The translations under genes and the position numbers were made by a program. The notes beneath the pieces were generated by a model. It was given only the letters and a program-made list of their open reading frames with translations, was not told the DNA's origin and searched no databases. From NCBI RefSeq assembly GCF_900143675.1, contig NZ_FRFC01000003.1:342095-374094 (forward strand): DNA of 32,000 nucleotides, given 5' to 3'. This stretch comes from Nitrosotalea sinensis (lineage in GTDB: Archaea > Thermoproteota > Nitrososphaeria > Nitrososphaerales > Nitrosopumilaceae). Numbering within the stretch: position 1 is the stretch's first letter; each line of letters begins with the position of its first letter. This document shows, piece after piece, positions 1 to 8,175 of the stretch.

Positions 1-35
1 ACTTTCTTATGGACTCTGCTTTTTTTTCTGAAATA

Positions 36-1454
36 TTATTCAGAAATACTTGAATTTTGCATTCTAGTGACATTTTTTTCTAAATGATCAAGGAATTCAT
101 CCAGTTTGTCTTTTGTTATTCTTGCTCCTGCTGCAGCAGCATGTCCTCCTCCAACTCCTGATACCTTTGCAGCACATTCTCGCATCAATAGTCCTAAATT
201 GACATCAGACTTGCATCCTGTGGATTTACGAGATGAGAACTTGATAGTTCCCTCTTCTCCATTTGTTCTAAGTATGATTATTTTTCCAGTATTTTTCTGT
301 GATCCGCCAAGAAGTGATGATACTGCACCAGTCATATTCTCTGGCACTAGACCTTCGCCATTTACCATTAAATACTGGCCGTTATCTGTAATTCTCCACC
401 TCTCACTGGAAAGTGTATTCATGTAAGTTCTCAAGAAAGTCCTATACTCTACCAAAATATTTTCTCCTTCTTGCAACATCTTAGTTCTATCTCCCATGCA
501 TATTGATACTCCTACTCCTGCTTTACGAATTCGTCCGCAAGAATTCAACATTGTTGAAAACTCTCTTGCATCGCGAAGGAAACTTCGTTTGTCCTCACCT
601 GATAATGTGTAGGTATATCCAACAAGCTCATCAAGTATATCGCTTGCATTTTTAGTTGAGATGTATTTTGATATTGTTTGGAGCAAAGTTCTCTTTTCAT
701 CCTCTGTCAGCTCTGCTGGAACCCGCCATCTACTACCATCTTTTAGTTTTATTCCTGAGGAATTCAAAAGTGAAAGACAAGCATCGCGATTCCATGTGAG
801 GCCTTCTATGAATGGCTGTGATGTGAATGCAAGGGCATCTGGTAGCGGCCTGGTTTCTCTTCCTACAAGTAATATGTCTAAATCAATCTCGACTTGGCCA
901 TCTTTTTTTGCGGCAGATGCAATGTCAAGATTTATTCCTGTAAATGATTTTTTTTCGCCTTGGTCTTGTCTATCTCCTAATGCAGCAACAACTGCAATCC
1001 ATGCCAAATCAGTATTTTCTTTATGGATTGCATTTGAAACAAGATAAGCCATGCCTCCTGCTGATACATCTTTTCCTCCATCGATGTCGTATTTCCAAGC
1101 ATTGATGACTCTTTGATTGTCAAATTCCTCTTGAGGTATTTGATGATGATCAACTACTATCCAATTGTCATCTAATGCATTGTCGATATCTTTTGCAAAT
1201 CCTCCTCCAAGATCTGTAATTATGTGAAATTGTCTGGAATCGCTTTTCATTTTCTCTATGAGGTTTTTACTAAATTCATTGACTGTACGTACTGTACATT
1301 TTGCACCTGATCTGATTAATGATTTGGTTACGATGCTTCCTGAAGTTATACCGTCGCAATCAAGATGAGTTATTACGGAAATATCTTTGCCTGATTTGAT
1401 GCAATCTGAAACTCTGTCATGAAAATAGGATAATGCTTGATCTAACTTTGCCAT
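36..1454 (-). CDS. DHH/DHHA1-family phosphoesterase, archaeal RecJ/Cdc45-like (GAN-type) nuclease
   Basis: 472-aa ORF with DHH motifs HLDCDGITSG and VVDHHQ and DHHA1 motif GGGHAAAAG. Its ATG overlaps the stop of the upstream uS15 gene (TAATG at 1452-1456). Confidence 0.8.
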   Translation of the reverse strand: MAKLDQALSYFHDRVSDCIKSGKDISVITHLDCDGITSGSIVTKSLIRSGAKCTVRTVNEFSKNLIEKMKSDSRQFHIITDLGGGFAKDIDNALDDNWIVVDHHQIPQEEFDNQRVINAWKYDIDGGKDVSAGGMAYLVSNAIHKENTDLAWIAVVAALGDRQDQGEKKSFTGINLDIASAAKKDGQVEIDLDILLVGRETRPLPDALAFTSQPFIEGLTWNRDACLSLLNSSGIKLKDGSRWRVPAELTEDEKRTLLQTISKYISTKNASDILDELVGYTYTLSGEDKRSFLRDAREFSTMLNSCGRIRKAGVGVSICMGDRTKMLQEGENILVEYRTFLRTYMNTLSSERWRITDNGQYLMVNGEGLVPENMTGAVSSLLGGSQKNTGKIIILRTNGEEGTIKFSSRKSTGCKSDVNLGLLMRECAAKVSGVGGGHAAAAGARITKDKLDEFLDHLEKNVTRMQNSSISE

Positions 1455-1903
1455 TACTCGAGTTGAGCGATGACTGCCTTATATTTCCAAGTCTTGGGTA
1501 TTTTACCAATCTTCTTGTAATATGAGGATAATCTGTGAACCTTTGCCTCTAAAAGCTCAAGTGATCTTACATTTCTCTTATCAGATCGATTTTCCTTCAA
1601 ATGTCTCTGAAGGCCAAGTGCTTTGTTTACTAGATTGTTGAGGTCCTCTGGCATCTCTGTCTTTATTCCCTTTTGTTCAAGTATTTCTGTAACTGATTTT
1701 TTGACTATCTGTCTTGTGTTTGGTATTGCATATTGATCACGTAGTTTGACACCGATCTTACTTGGTGCAAGACCATCCTTTGAATACTTGACAATAAGTT
1801 CTTCGATCTCGGCTGGACTCTGTTTTACCCATGTAGGTGTACTAGGAGTGATCGGTCTAGTCGAATGTGACTTTCCATGTCGGTGTGAATGAAGACGACC
1901 CAC
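1454..1903 (-). CDS. rps15: 30S ribosomal protein uS15 (S15P/S13e)
   Basis: 149-aa ORF with a typical archaeal S15 N-terminus (GRLHSHRHGKSHSTRP) and C-terminal helical S15 domain. GTG start at 1903. Confidence 0.9.
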   Translation of the reverse strand: MGRLHSHRHGKSHSTRPITPSTPTWVKQSPAEIEELIVKYSKDGLAPSKIGVKLRDQYAIPNTRQIVKKSVTEILEQKGIKTEMPEDLNNLVNKALGLQRHLKENRSDKRNVRSLELLEAKVHRLSSYYKKIGKIPKTWKYKAVIAQLE

Positions 1904-2009
1904 GAAGCGTTTGTTTTTTGAGGAAACATAAATGTTACTTGAGTTCTTGTGCGCAGTATTTACATAAAAGTTAAATATCTACTAACTTGAATCTGAGTTA
2001 GGTACTCAT

Positions 2010-2318
2010 ATGAAAACACCAATAATTATTGGAACGGTACTCCTGGCTCTATTTGTAGTCTCGACATTCGCTCCATTTGCAGCTGCACAATATGCAGGTG
2101 TAGGTGGTGGTGGAGGAGTTACACTGGAAGACCAGTTGAAACTCGCTCGAGCAAAAATACAGGCAGTACAAAATAATCCGCACGCAGGTTCAGGTACTCC
2201 ATACCTTGATGCAAACGGTGTAATCGGTGCATCTATCATTGCAGGTGGAGTATTCGGTGGAATCTTCATTGCCTTTGTCGTAAGAGCAAAGCAAGCGGAA
2301 AAAGCAAAGAGAGCATAA
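2010..2318 (+). CDS. small secreted / C-terminally anchored Gly-rich protein (hypothetical)
   Basis: 102-aa ORF with a signal-peptide-like N-terminus (LLALFVVSTFAPFAAA), a GGGGG tract and a C-terminal hydrophobic helix plus basic tail. TATA-like TTAAATAT at 1971 and an oligo-T tract after the stop. Confidence 0.55.
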   Translation: MKTPIIIGTVLLALFVVSTFAPFAAAQYAGVGGGGGVTLEDQLKLARAKIQAVQNNPHAGSGTPYLDANGVIGASIIAGGVFGGIFIAFVVRAKQAEKAKRA

Positions 2319-2414
2319 ATTCTTCTCTTTTTCTTATTTTATTAACCTCAGATCTGATCCATGATTTTCGTCTTTTACAGAAATGTATATATCGTACCTA
2401 AATTGTTCTGAATT

Positions 2415-2684
2415 ATGATGAGCACAATATTCACTATGCTCGTAGGTATGCTGTCAAACTTTGCAGGTCAGATAGGTCCAAACTATGACCCGCTATTTTA
2501 TGATGTGATGGTCTACATCTTTGCAACCATCATGTTCACAGTATTCCTTCTCGGAGTAATTGCATTCTGGCTCAGAGTGCACGGTCTTGGTGGCGACACA
2601 AGAGAAAGATGGGTCGCAGAACTCAACAAGCACTTTGAAAGAGAAGGCATTGGTCTGATACCAGACAACGGTAAATACTGGTAA
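2415..2684 (+). CDS. small membrane protein (hypothetical)
   Basis: 89-aa ORF with two hydrophobic segments, followed by an oligo-T terminator-like tract. Confidence 0.5.
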   Translation: MMSTIFTMLVGMLSNFAGQIGPNYDPLFYDVMVYIFATIMFTVFLLGVIAFWLRVHGLGGDTRERWVAELNKHFEREGIGLIPDNGKYW

Positions 2685-2758
2685 ATACCAAAAATTCTTT
2701 TTTCCTTATTTTTAATTCGGTCCTCTAATGGATAATTTTCATTTACTGTAGACTCGAG

Positions 2759-3274
2759 CTAATTTTGTGGCGGTGTGAAAGTCGGTGCTCCTGCATTCTT
2801 TGTGGCAAACTCTGCTTTGTAGTGTGCCCCATCTTGTACTTGGGTGTGTATGAATTCTGATGATTCAACTCCATTTACATAGATCTTTGATTTGGTCTCA
2901 TCCATATCGCGTAAAGGAAATCCTGACATCCAAAGGAACTGGCCTACTTCAAATGGATATTTCTTTGTCCATTCTCCTCTGATTGTTCCATCATCTAAAA
3001 AGACCATTGACCTCTCACAATCTTTTGGAATAGTTTCCGTACTTACTGGCCTGACCCATTTTTTACCATCTACTTCTACATCTAGCGTGGCAGATACATG
3101 ATATTGAATATCTAATCCGTTGACACACTTGTGGTATAATGGATCTTGTTCTTTGACCTTTGAAATAGCTGTAGTGCTTATCAAAACTACTGCTATTCCT
3201 ACAGCTACTGAAATTGCAAGAAACCTGAGCACTTTTTTGCGTTTTGTGGGATCTCCCATCCCAGGCCAGAACAT
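2759..3274 (-). CDS. membrane-anchored extracytoplasmic protein (hypothetical)
   Basis: 171-aa ORF with an N-terminal basic stretch plus one TM helix (FLAISVAVGIAVVLISTTAI). The rest is soluble-looking. Confidence 0.55.
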   Translation of the reverse strand: MFWPGMGDPTKRKKVLRFLAISVAVGIAVVLISTTAISKVKEQDPLYHKCVNGLDIQYHVSATLDVEVDGKKWVRPVSTETIPKDCERSMVFLDDGTIRGEWTKKYPFEVGQFLWMSGFPLRDMDETKSKIYVNGVESSEFIHTQVQDGAHYKAEFATKNAGAPTFTPPQN

Positions 3275-3343
3275 AATTTTTGTTCTTTGTAGTGGTATAT
3301 AGATTAAGACATTTTTAATTAAATTAAAAGATGTAAAAGAAAT

Positions 3344-3685
3344 TTAGAGTGAGGATTCGCCGCGTTTCTTGGTTCCTACATCGACTGAGTCATCGACATT
3401 GTAGATGAAGATCTTTCCTTCTCCAGCTTGACCTGTACTTGCATGGGAAGTTATTGTGTCTATTACTTTGTCTACCATGGCGTCCTTTACAACTACATAG
3501 ATGAATGCATTGACGTTATGTGTAGCTTCGACACGCCCTCCTCTACCTGAGGAAACCATTTCTCTTGGCCTCTTACCTCTGCCCTTGACACTAAAATACG
3601 TAAACCCTCCGATGTCTAGTTCTGTTAGTGCATAGAAGACGGCATCCAATTTTTCTTCTGAAACTATTGCTTCAATTTTTTTCAT
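3344..3685 (-). CDS. PII-like nitrogen regulatory protein (GlnB/GlnK family, divergent T-loop)
   Basis: 113 aa. N-terminus MKKIEAIV..., the GRGK T-loop base and the C-terminal GEGKIFI motif match the PII fold. The T-loop lacks the canonical Tyr. Confidence 0.8.
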   Translation of the reverse strand: MKKIEAIVSEEKLDAVFYALTELDIGGFTYFSVKGRGKRPREMVSSGRGGRVEATHNVNAFIYVVVKDAMVDKVIDTITSHASTGQAGEGKIFIYNVDDSVDVGTKKRGESSL

Positions 3686-3758
3686 GGTTATGATTCATTG
3701 CACATATCAAATGGTTTTATTAAAATCATTGCTTAAAATATTGTAAAATAAAGAATAA

Positions 3759-3802
3759 TATCATAAAAGAATCTTTTTAGGATAAAATACCTTTTATAGA
3801 TG
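3759..3802 (+). promoter_or_regulatory. promoter module copy A (TATA TTTTATAG at 3792, 31 nt upstream of ATG 3823)
   Basis: 39/44 nt identical to 6231-6274 upstream of amt, with identical spacing to the start codon. Confidence 0.6.
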
Positions 3803-3822
3803 AAATCCCACTCTTCAAAAGA

Positions 3823-4572
3823 ATGACAGAATCCAAAGCTAGCTACAAGAAAGCAAAAATTGTTGGAAAAGTTCAAGAAAAGATCAAGGAAGGAATTGAC
3901 AACTACCGTGCAGCAACTGATTCACCGCCGCGAGTAGATGTTTACGATGTAATTGAACAAGTCTTTGCAGAAATAAATCCACAAGTAGCTGACCAGGGGA
4001 AGATCACAGTAGATGAGGTAAGCGGATGTTTACGAAGTGCATACCTTGATCGAAAAGATCCATCTGAAAGCAATCACAAACAGATGGTGTCAAAGATAAT
4101 GAAAAAGAGCGCATTTAGCATCATGGAAAAACCCATGGATGGCCAACTTGATGCAGGTTCTAACGTAAAGATAGTCGGTAGAGCTGACAGAGTTGAAGAT
4201 GAGGTAGTGATGCTCTTTAGAAGTTCAGAAAAACTTCCTGAGATGCCATATCCAGAAGATTTCATACATCTGAACTCGTATCTATTCATGTTTGACAAAC
4301 CAGAAGGTGTGATTGTCTACTTTGATAGAGAAGGAAATGAAATGGAATTCAATGTACCAAAGAGTGAAAAGCTCATACACGAAACAAAACGTAGAGCAAA
4401 AATTCTCAATACATTGTTGGCAAACAACATTGCTCCTGCAATCGAACCGTCTGAAAGATGCATGGAATGTCCTCATAATGAGAAATGTTTCTATGCAAAT
4501 GAAGACAAACAGAAATGGGGATTCTGGGCTCGTGGCAAGTGGCGTGAATTAAAATCAAAACCCTTCCTATAA
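3823..4572 (+). CDS. Cas4/RecB-like PD-(D/E)XK nuclease-family protein with 4-Cys cluster (orphan, no cas/CRISPR context)
   Basis: 249 aa. One N-terminal Cys (VSGCLRSAYL) plus a C-terminal CX2CX5C (CMECPHNEKC). GRADRV and HLNSY motifs sit in the expected order. Confidence 0.6.
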   Translation: MTESKASYKKAKIVGKVQEKIKEGIDNYRAATDSPPRVDVYDVIEQVFAEINPQVADQGKITVDEVSGCLRSAYLDRKDPSESNHKQMVSKIMKKSAFSIMEKPMDGQLDAGSNVKIVGRADRVEDEVVMLFRSSEKLPEMPYPEDFIHLNSYLFMFDKPEGVIVYFDREGNEMEFNVPKSEKLIHETKRRAKILNTLLANNIAPAIEPSERCMECPHNEKCFYANEDKQKWGFWARGKWRELKSKPFL

Positions 4573-4620
4573 TCATACACTTTTTTCATTTTAATTTAAT
4601 ATTGTGATAATCTTAATTAT

Positions 4621-4839
4621 TTATCTTAGAGATTCTAATTCATCTGGATTTAGGTACACCTTTGTCTTGTATGGTTTTTCTGAATCTTTGTGAAAATAAA
4701 AAACCTTGATGCCATGTTCAAAAGGTTTCATGTCTATCTTGTCTGTTGATTGGATGGAACTATCTTCTTGTCTTAGATATTGATACAATTCTTCTTTACT
4801 CATCTTCATTATTTCAGAAATTTTTTTTCTATTTCCCAT
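4621..4839 (-). CDS. small hypothetical protein
   Basis: 72-aa ORF, charged and protein-like in composition. No family recognised. Confidence 0.4.
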   Translation of the reverse strand: MGNRKKISEIMKMSKEELYQYLRQEDSSIQSTDKIDMKPFEHGIKVFYFHKDSEKPYKTKVYLNPDELESLR

Positions 4840-4929
4840 TGATACTCTGTTGTCTTATGACCATCTTAACTTTTCTTATTGTATGTATCTCTAATCATTA
4901 AATACAATACTTGTTTTTTTGAATTGAGC

Positions 4930-5397
4930 ATGACTGATTCTAAAATAGATTGGTTTGAAGATTTTTTGGGCTTGGGATATCATGTTTATGATGTGAGACC
5001 TACGATATATTTGATATTTGATGGACGAAGGAAACTCGCAGACACCTGGAATAAAATAATAAAATATTGGCCTGATGATGAAATCAAAATCCGGTTCTTT
5101 GAAGGTACTGATAATTATGAATTCATACTGTACTGTAAATCAAGGATATTGCAGACAACAAATGTATTTTTGAAATCTCTTAAAATTTCTGATAATTATA
5201 AACAATTTCTTGATGAGTATAATGGTTCCATGTCATTGCAGCTTGCAATTTATTTCACAAAGGAGAAAAAATATGAACTTGAAATATTCAAATTTAAAAA
5301 GAAAGTATCTGACGTACAATTCTTAAAAAAAGATGATGATACAAATGATGATTTTATTGTGTCTCAGGCACGAAAAAAACTAGAAAATAAAGGTTAA
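4930..5397 (+). CDS. hypothetical protein
   Basis: The ORF is open from 4879 (TTG). The first ATG at 4930 lies about 32 nt downstream of TATA-like TTAAATAC (4898), so the shorter 155-aa form is preferred. Confidence 0.5.
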   Translation: MTDSKIDWFEDFLGLGYHVYDVRPTIYLIFDGRRKLADTWNKIIKYWPDDEIKIRFFEGTDNYEFILYCKSRILQTTNVFLKSLKISDNYKQFLDEYNGSMSLQLAIYFTKEKKYELEIFKFKKKVSDVQFLKKDDDTNDDFIVSQARKKLENKG

Positions 5398-5401
5398 TTT
5401 T

Positions 5402-5893
5402 TTATTTTTTCATCTGTGATACTATGAGGCCTATCCACAAGCTCCAATCTAGGTTCTTAAAAACAAGGGGCTGTCGATATGGATATGTTGTTACTGTCTT
5501 TGTTATTCCAAATTCATATTTGATCTCTTTTCCCTTTTCTCTAAATGTGATCCTGAGAAAATCTACCTTTCTTGCTGTAACACTTTTGACATCTGTAATA
5601 GAATCAAGGGGTATCATCCATGATTTGGGATTGTCTGTCAAATCCTCATCTAGATCTGATTCATTATAATCTGCTAGCTTTCCTATTACTGCCTTGTCAT
5701 TTGCAAAATACCTTTCCTTTTCTTTTGCTGTTATCCATATGTAGCGTGGAACAAAGATCAAATTTTTGTTTGTTAGAATAAGAATTCCTTCTTTACTTTT
5801 ATGAAAGAAACCTCGTAATCCAAGAGCTATTCCCCAAATCTGAGGAAGTGAAGCTATTATGACCTCGTCTTCTTTGAGACTCTTTTTCATCAT
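5402..5893 (-). CDS. hypothetical protein, possibly bacterial-PH/GRAM-like fold
   Basis: 163 aa. The GILILTNKNLIFVP pattern is reminiscent of bPH/GRAM domains. Weak call. Confidence 0.45.
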   Translation of the reverse strand: MMKKSLKEDEVIIASLPQIWGIALGLRGFFHKSKEGILILTNKNLIFVPRYIWITAKEKERYFANDKAVIGKLADYNESDLDEDLTDNPKSWMIPLDSITDVKSVTARKVDFLRITFREKGKEIKYEFGITKTVTTYPYRQPLVFKNLDWSLWIGLIVSQMKK

Positions 5894-5969
5894 TTGTTCA
5901 GCACATTGTGTGAATAAATCAATCTATCTGATCTTGTGATTTAGAAAAATGTGGTAAAAGGGATTTACT

Positions 5970-6131
5970 CTAGGCGTGACCGTGACCTTCGTACTTGAAG
6001 CCGTAGGTTCCCCATGTCTTTCCTTTCTTTGCCAAATTATATCTGTGAGCTCTTTCACCGAAGTAAATTGCTATTGTCATTGCAAGTGTTACACCAGTTG
6101 CAATGAAAATTTCTATTCCTGCTTCAGTCAT
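5970..6131 (-). CDS. unlisted 53-aa single-TM protein (MTEAGIEIFIATGVTLAMTIAIYFGERAHRYNLAKKGKTWGTYGFKYEGHGHA)
   Basis: Hand translation of the minus strand gives ATG at 6131 and TAG at 5970-5972. One clean TM helix followed by a basic/aromatic tail. TATA-like TTATTATA begins 30 nt upstream (6161-6154). Below the 60-aa cutoff of the ORF track. Confidence 0.5.
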   Translation of the reverse strand: MTEAGIEIFIATGVTLAMTIAIYFGERAHRYNLAKKGKTWGTYGFKYEGHGHA

Positions 6132-6230
6132 GCGTGCACTAGTCCTAAAGTTGTATAATAATTTTATTTAGAATTTTTTGTAATTTTATGATACTAAAAT
6201 TTTTTCAAATTGTCAATTATTGATGTATAG

Positions 6231-6274
6231 TATCATAAAAAAAATATTTTAGGATAAAATGCCTTTTATAGATG
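6231..6274 (+). promoter_or_regulatory. promoter module copy B (TATA TTTTATAG at 6264, 31 nt upstream of ATG 6295)
   Basis: 39/44 nt identical to 3759-3802. The proximal arm of a perfect 13-nt inverted repeat (6184-6196 / 6228-6240) overlaps its 5' edge. Confidence 0.6.
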
Positions 6275-6294
6275 CGAAACATCTCTATCGAAAG

Positions 6295-7800
6295 ATGCTG
6301 GAGACAATTTCTAAATCGCCAATGCAGATAGTAACAAAACACAAGTGGCCGGTAGTTTTTGTGCTCGCAGGCTTAATAGTCGGGTTATCTGGATTCACGG
6401 CAATACAGGACGCACATGCTCAGTTTGGTCCGTTAGGAGCTCTTGCAGATCCTAACAAAACACATGAGATTCACTGTTCACAGCCGATGACTCCTCCGGG
6501 TAACGGGACGTTTGGTGGAAGCAATGCACCATGTATAGACACAGGAGATACTACATTCATGTACGCAGCAGCAGTCTTCGTCATGATAATGACTCCTGGT
6601 GGTGTGGGATTCTTGTATGGAGGTCTTACAAGAAGAAAGCACTCCTTAACAGTGATGTTACAGGCATTCATGGTCTACTCTATTGTCAGTGTCCAATGGG
6701 TTATCTTTGGATACTCGATAATGTTTGGTCCTTCCGCTGATCCAGTAGGGTTTATCGGAAACTTGGACTGGATAGGTCTGAATAATGTATCGCACAACGC
6801 ACCAGCTGATGTATATGCTCCAACAATTCCTCACTTAGCCTATGTGATGTTCCAGCTCATGTTCGCTGCCATCACTCCATCACTAGCCATTGCTGGTTAT
6901 GCTGACAGGGTGAAGATGAGTGCATTCCTAATACATGTTGTATTGTGGACCACATTCATTTACGATGTAGCAGGACATGCAAACTGGTCTCTTGGAAGTC
7001 AAGGTACCGCACTTGGTTGGTTAGCCAAGATGGGTGCAGAAGACTTTGCGGGAGGAACAGTCATTCACATCACCTCAGGATTTGCAGGTCTAGCAACTGC
7101 AATGTTCTTGGGAAGGAGAATAGGATATGGAAAGGCTCCATTTGAACCGCACTCAATACCGCTCATAATTTTGGGTGCATCATTGCTGTGGTTTGGATGG
7201 TTCGGTTTCAACCCTGGTAGTGCAGGATTTGCAGGTTTCCTAGAAACGCAGGCATTCCAGAATACCAACATAGCAACTGCAGTTGCAGCAATATGGTGGT
7301 TGTTCTTAAGCTGGGCACATACTGGAAAGACTAGCGCCATCGGTGCAGTCAACGGAGCTGTTGCTGGACTTGTTGCAATTACACCAGCCTCTGGTTTCAT
7401 TGGAACATGGGCATCAATAATAGTAGGATTTGCATGTGCTACAGTATGCTTCTACTGTGTACTTATCAAGAATAGGGCAAGAATAGATGATGCACTAGAT
7501 ACTTGGGGTGTACACGGAATGGGTGGTGTAGTAGGTGCATTACTAACAGGTGCATTCAGTGAAGTCAGAATCAATCCATATGGACACAATGGCCTCTTCT
7601 TTGGCAACCCAATGCAGTTCGTAATCAACAGTATGGGTGCAGGATTTGGTGCAGCTTGGTCATTTGGTCTAACTTACATCATTTGGAGAATCCAAGATGC
7701 AATTTGGCCAGGTGGTGTCAGAGTCACACCAAAAGAAGAAGAAATTGGATTGGACATATCTCAAGTAGGCGAAAGAGCATACTCTGGATTTGCAGAGTAA
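6295..7800 (+). CDS. amt: ammonium transporter (Amt/MEP/Rh family)
   Basis: Multi-TM protein with Amt signatures (DFAGGTVIHITSGFAGL, WFGWFGFNPGS, DTWGVHGMGGVVGALLTG). Start moved from 6259 to in-frame ATG 6295 because 6259 lies inside the conserved promoter module. Confidence 0.92.
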   Translation: MLETISKSPMQIVTKHKWPVVFVLAGLIVGLSGFTAIQDAHAQFGPLGALADPNKTHEIHCSQPMTPPGNGTFGGSNAPCIDTGDTTFMYAAAVFVMIMTPGGVGFLYGGLTRRKHSLTVMLQAFMVYSIVSVQWVIFGYSIMFGPSADPVGFIGNLDWIGLNNVSHNAPADVYAPTIPHLAYVMFQLMFAAITPSLAIAGYADRVKMSAFLIHVVLWTTFIYDVAGHANWSLGSQGTALGWLAKMGAEDFAGGTVIHITSGFAGLATAMFLGRRIGYGKAPFEPHSIPLIILGASLLWFGWFGFNPGSAGFAGFLETQAFQNTNIATAVAAIWWLFLSWAHTGKTSAIGAVNGAVAGLVAITPASGFIGTWASIIVGFACATVCFYCVLIKNRARIDDALDTWGVHGMGGVVGALLTGAFSEVRINPYGHNGLFFGNPMQFVINSMGAGFGAAWSFGLTYIIWRIQDAIWPGGVRVTPKEEEIGLDISQVGERAYSGFAE

Positions 7801-7874
7801 AAATCATCCCATCTTTTTCATTTTTATCTTTTGTACAAATATTTTGTATTCCATTGAGAAACTGTAAATAGTAT

Positions 7875-8108
7875 GTGCCTTTACCAATTTTGTTCATGGT
7901 AGATAGATGGCTAGTTTTTGTTGTATTACAATTTGTAAGTGCAGCAATAGGTTTTGCATTTTGGTATCTAATAGATCCTCATCATAATACCATATTTTTG
8001 TTGGTTGCTGGATTCTTCTTCACGTTTGGAACATTTGGAGCAACAAGGTGGGGCTTTGACAAATGGAGAGGGAAAAACAAACCAAGAAAGCGAGAAAAGA
8101 GAAAATAG
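7875..8108 (+). CDS. small 2-TM membrane protein with Lys/Arg-rich tail (hypothetical)
   Basis: 77-aa ORF (GTG 7875, alternative ATG 7896) with two hydrophobic helices. Confidence 0.45.
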   Translation: MPLPILFMVDRWLVFVVLQFVSAAIGFAFWYLIDPHHNTIFLLVAGFFFTFGTFGATRWGFDKWRGKNKPRKREKRK

Positions 8109-8175
8109 TTTGAAATTCTCTTTTCTTTGAATCTGGTATCTTTATATCATTCACAACTTTCACTATCTCTAGATC

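Noticed and set aside
106-1047. Plus-strand ORFs 106-426 and 661-1047
   Set aside because: They lie entirely antisense within the well-supported DHH/RecJ-like gene and have low-complexity Ser/Pro-rich translations. These are shadow ORFs.
5976-6158. Plus-strand 60-aa Cys-rich ORF
   Set aside because: It is antisense to a much more convincing 53-aa TM protein (5970-6131, minus strand) that has correct promoter spacing. Its translation looks non-biological.
6259-6294. N-terminal 12 codons of the ORF-track amt (MPFIDAKHLYRK)
   Set aside because: They fall within the duplicated promoter module. The paralogous copy has ATA instead of ATG at this position, and TATA-to-ATG spacing fits 6295.
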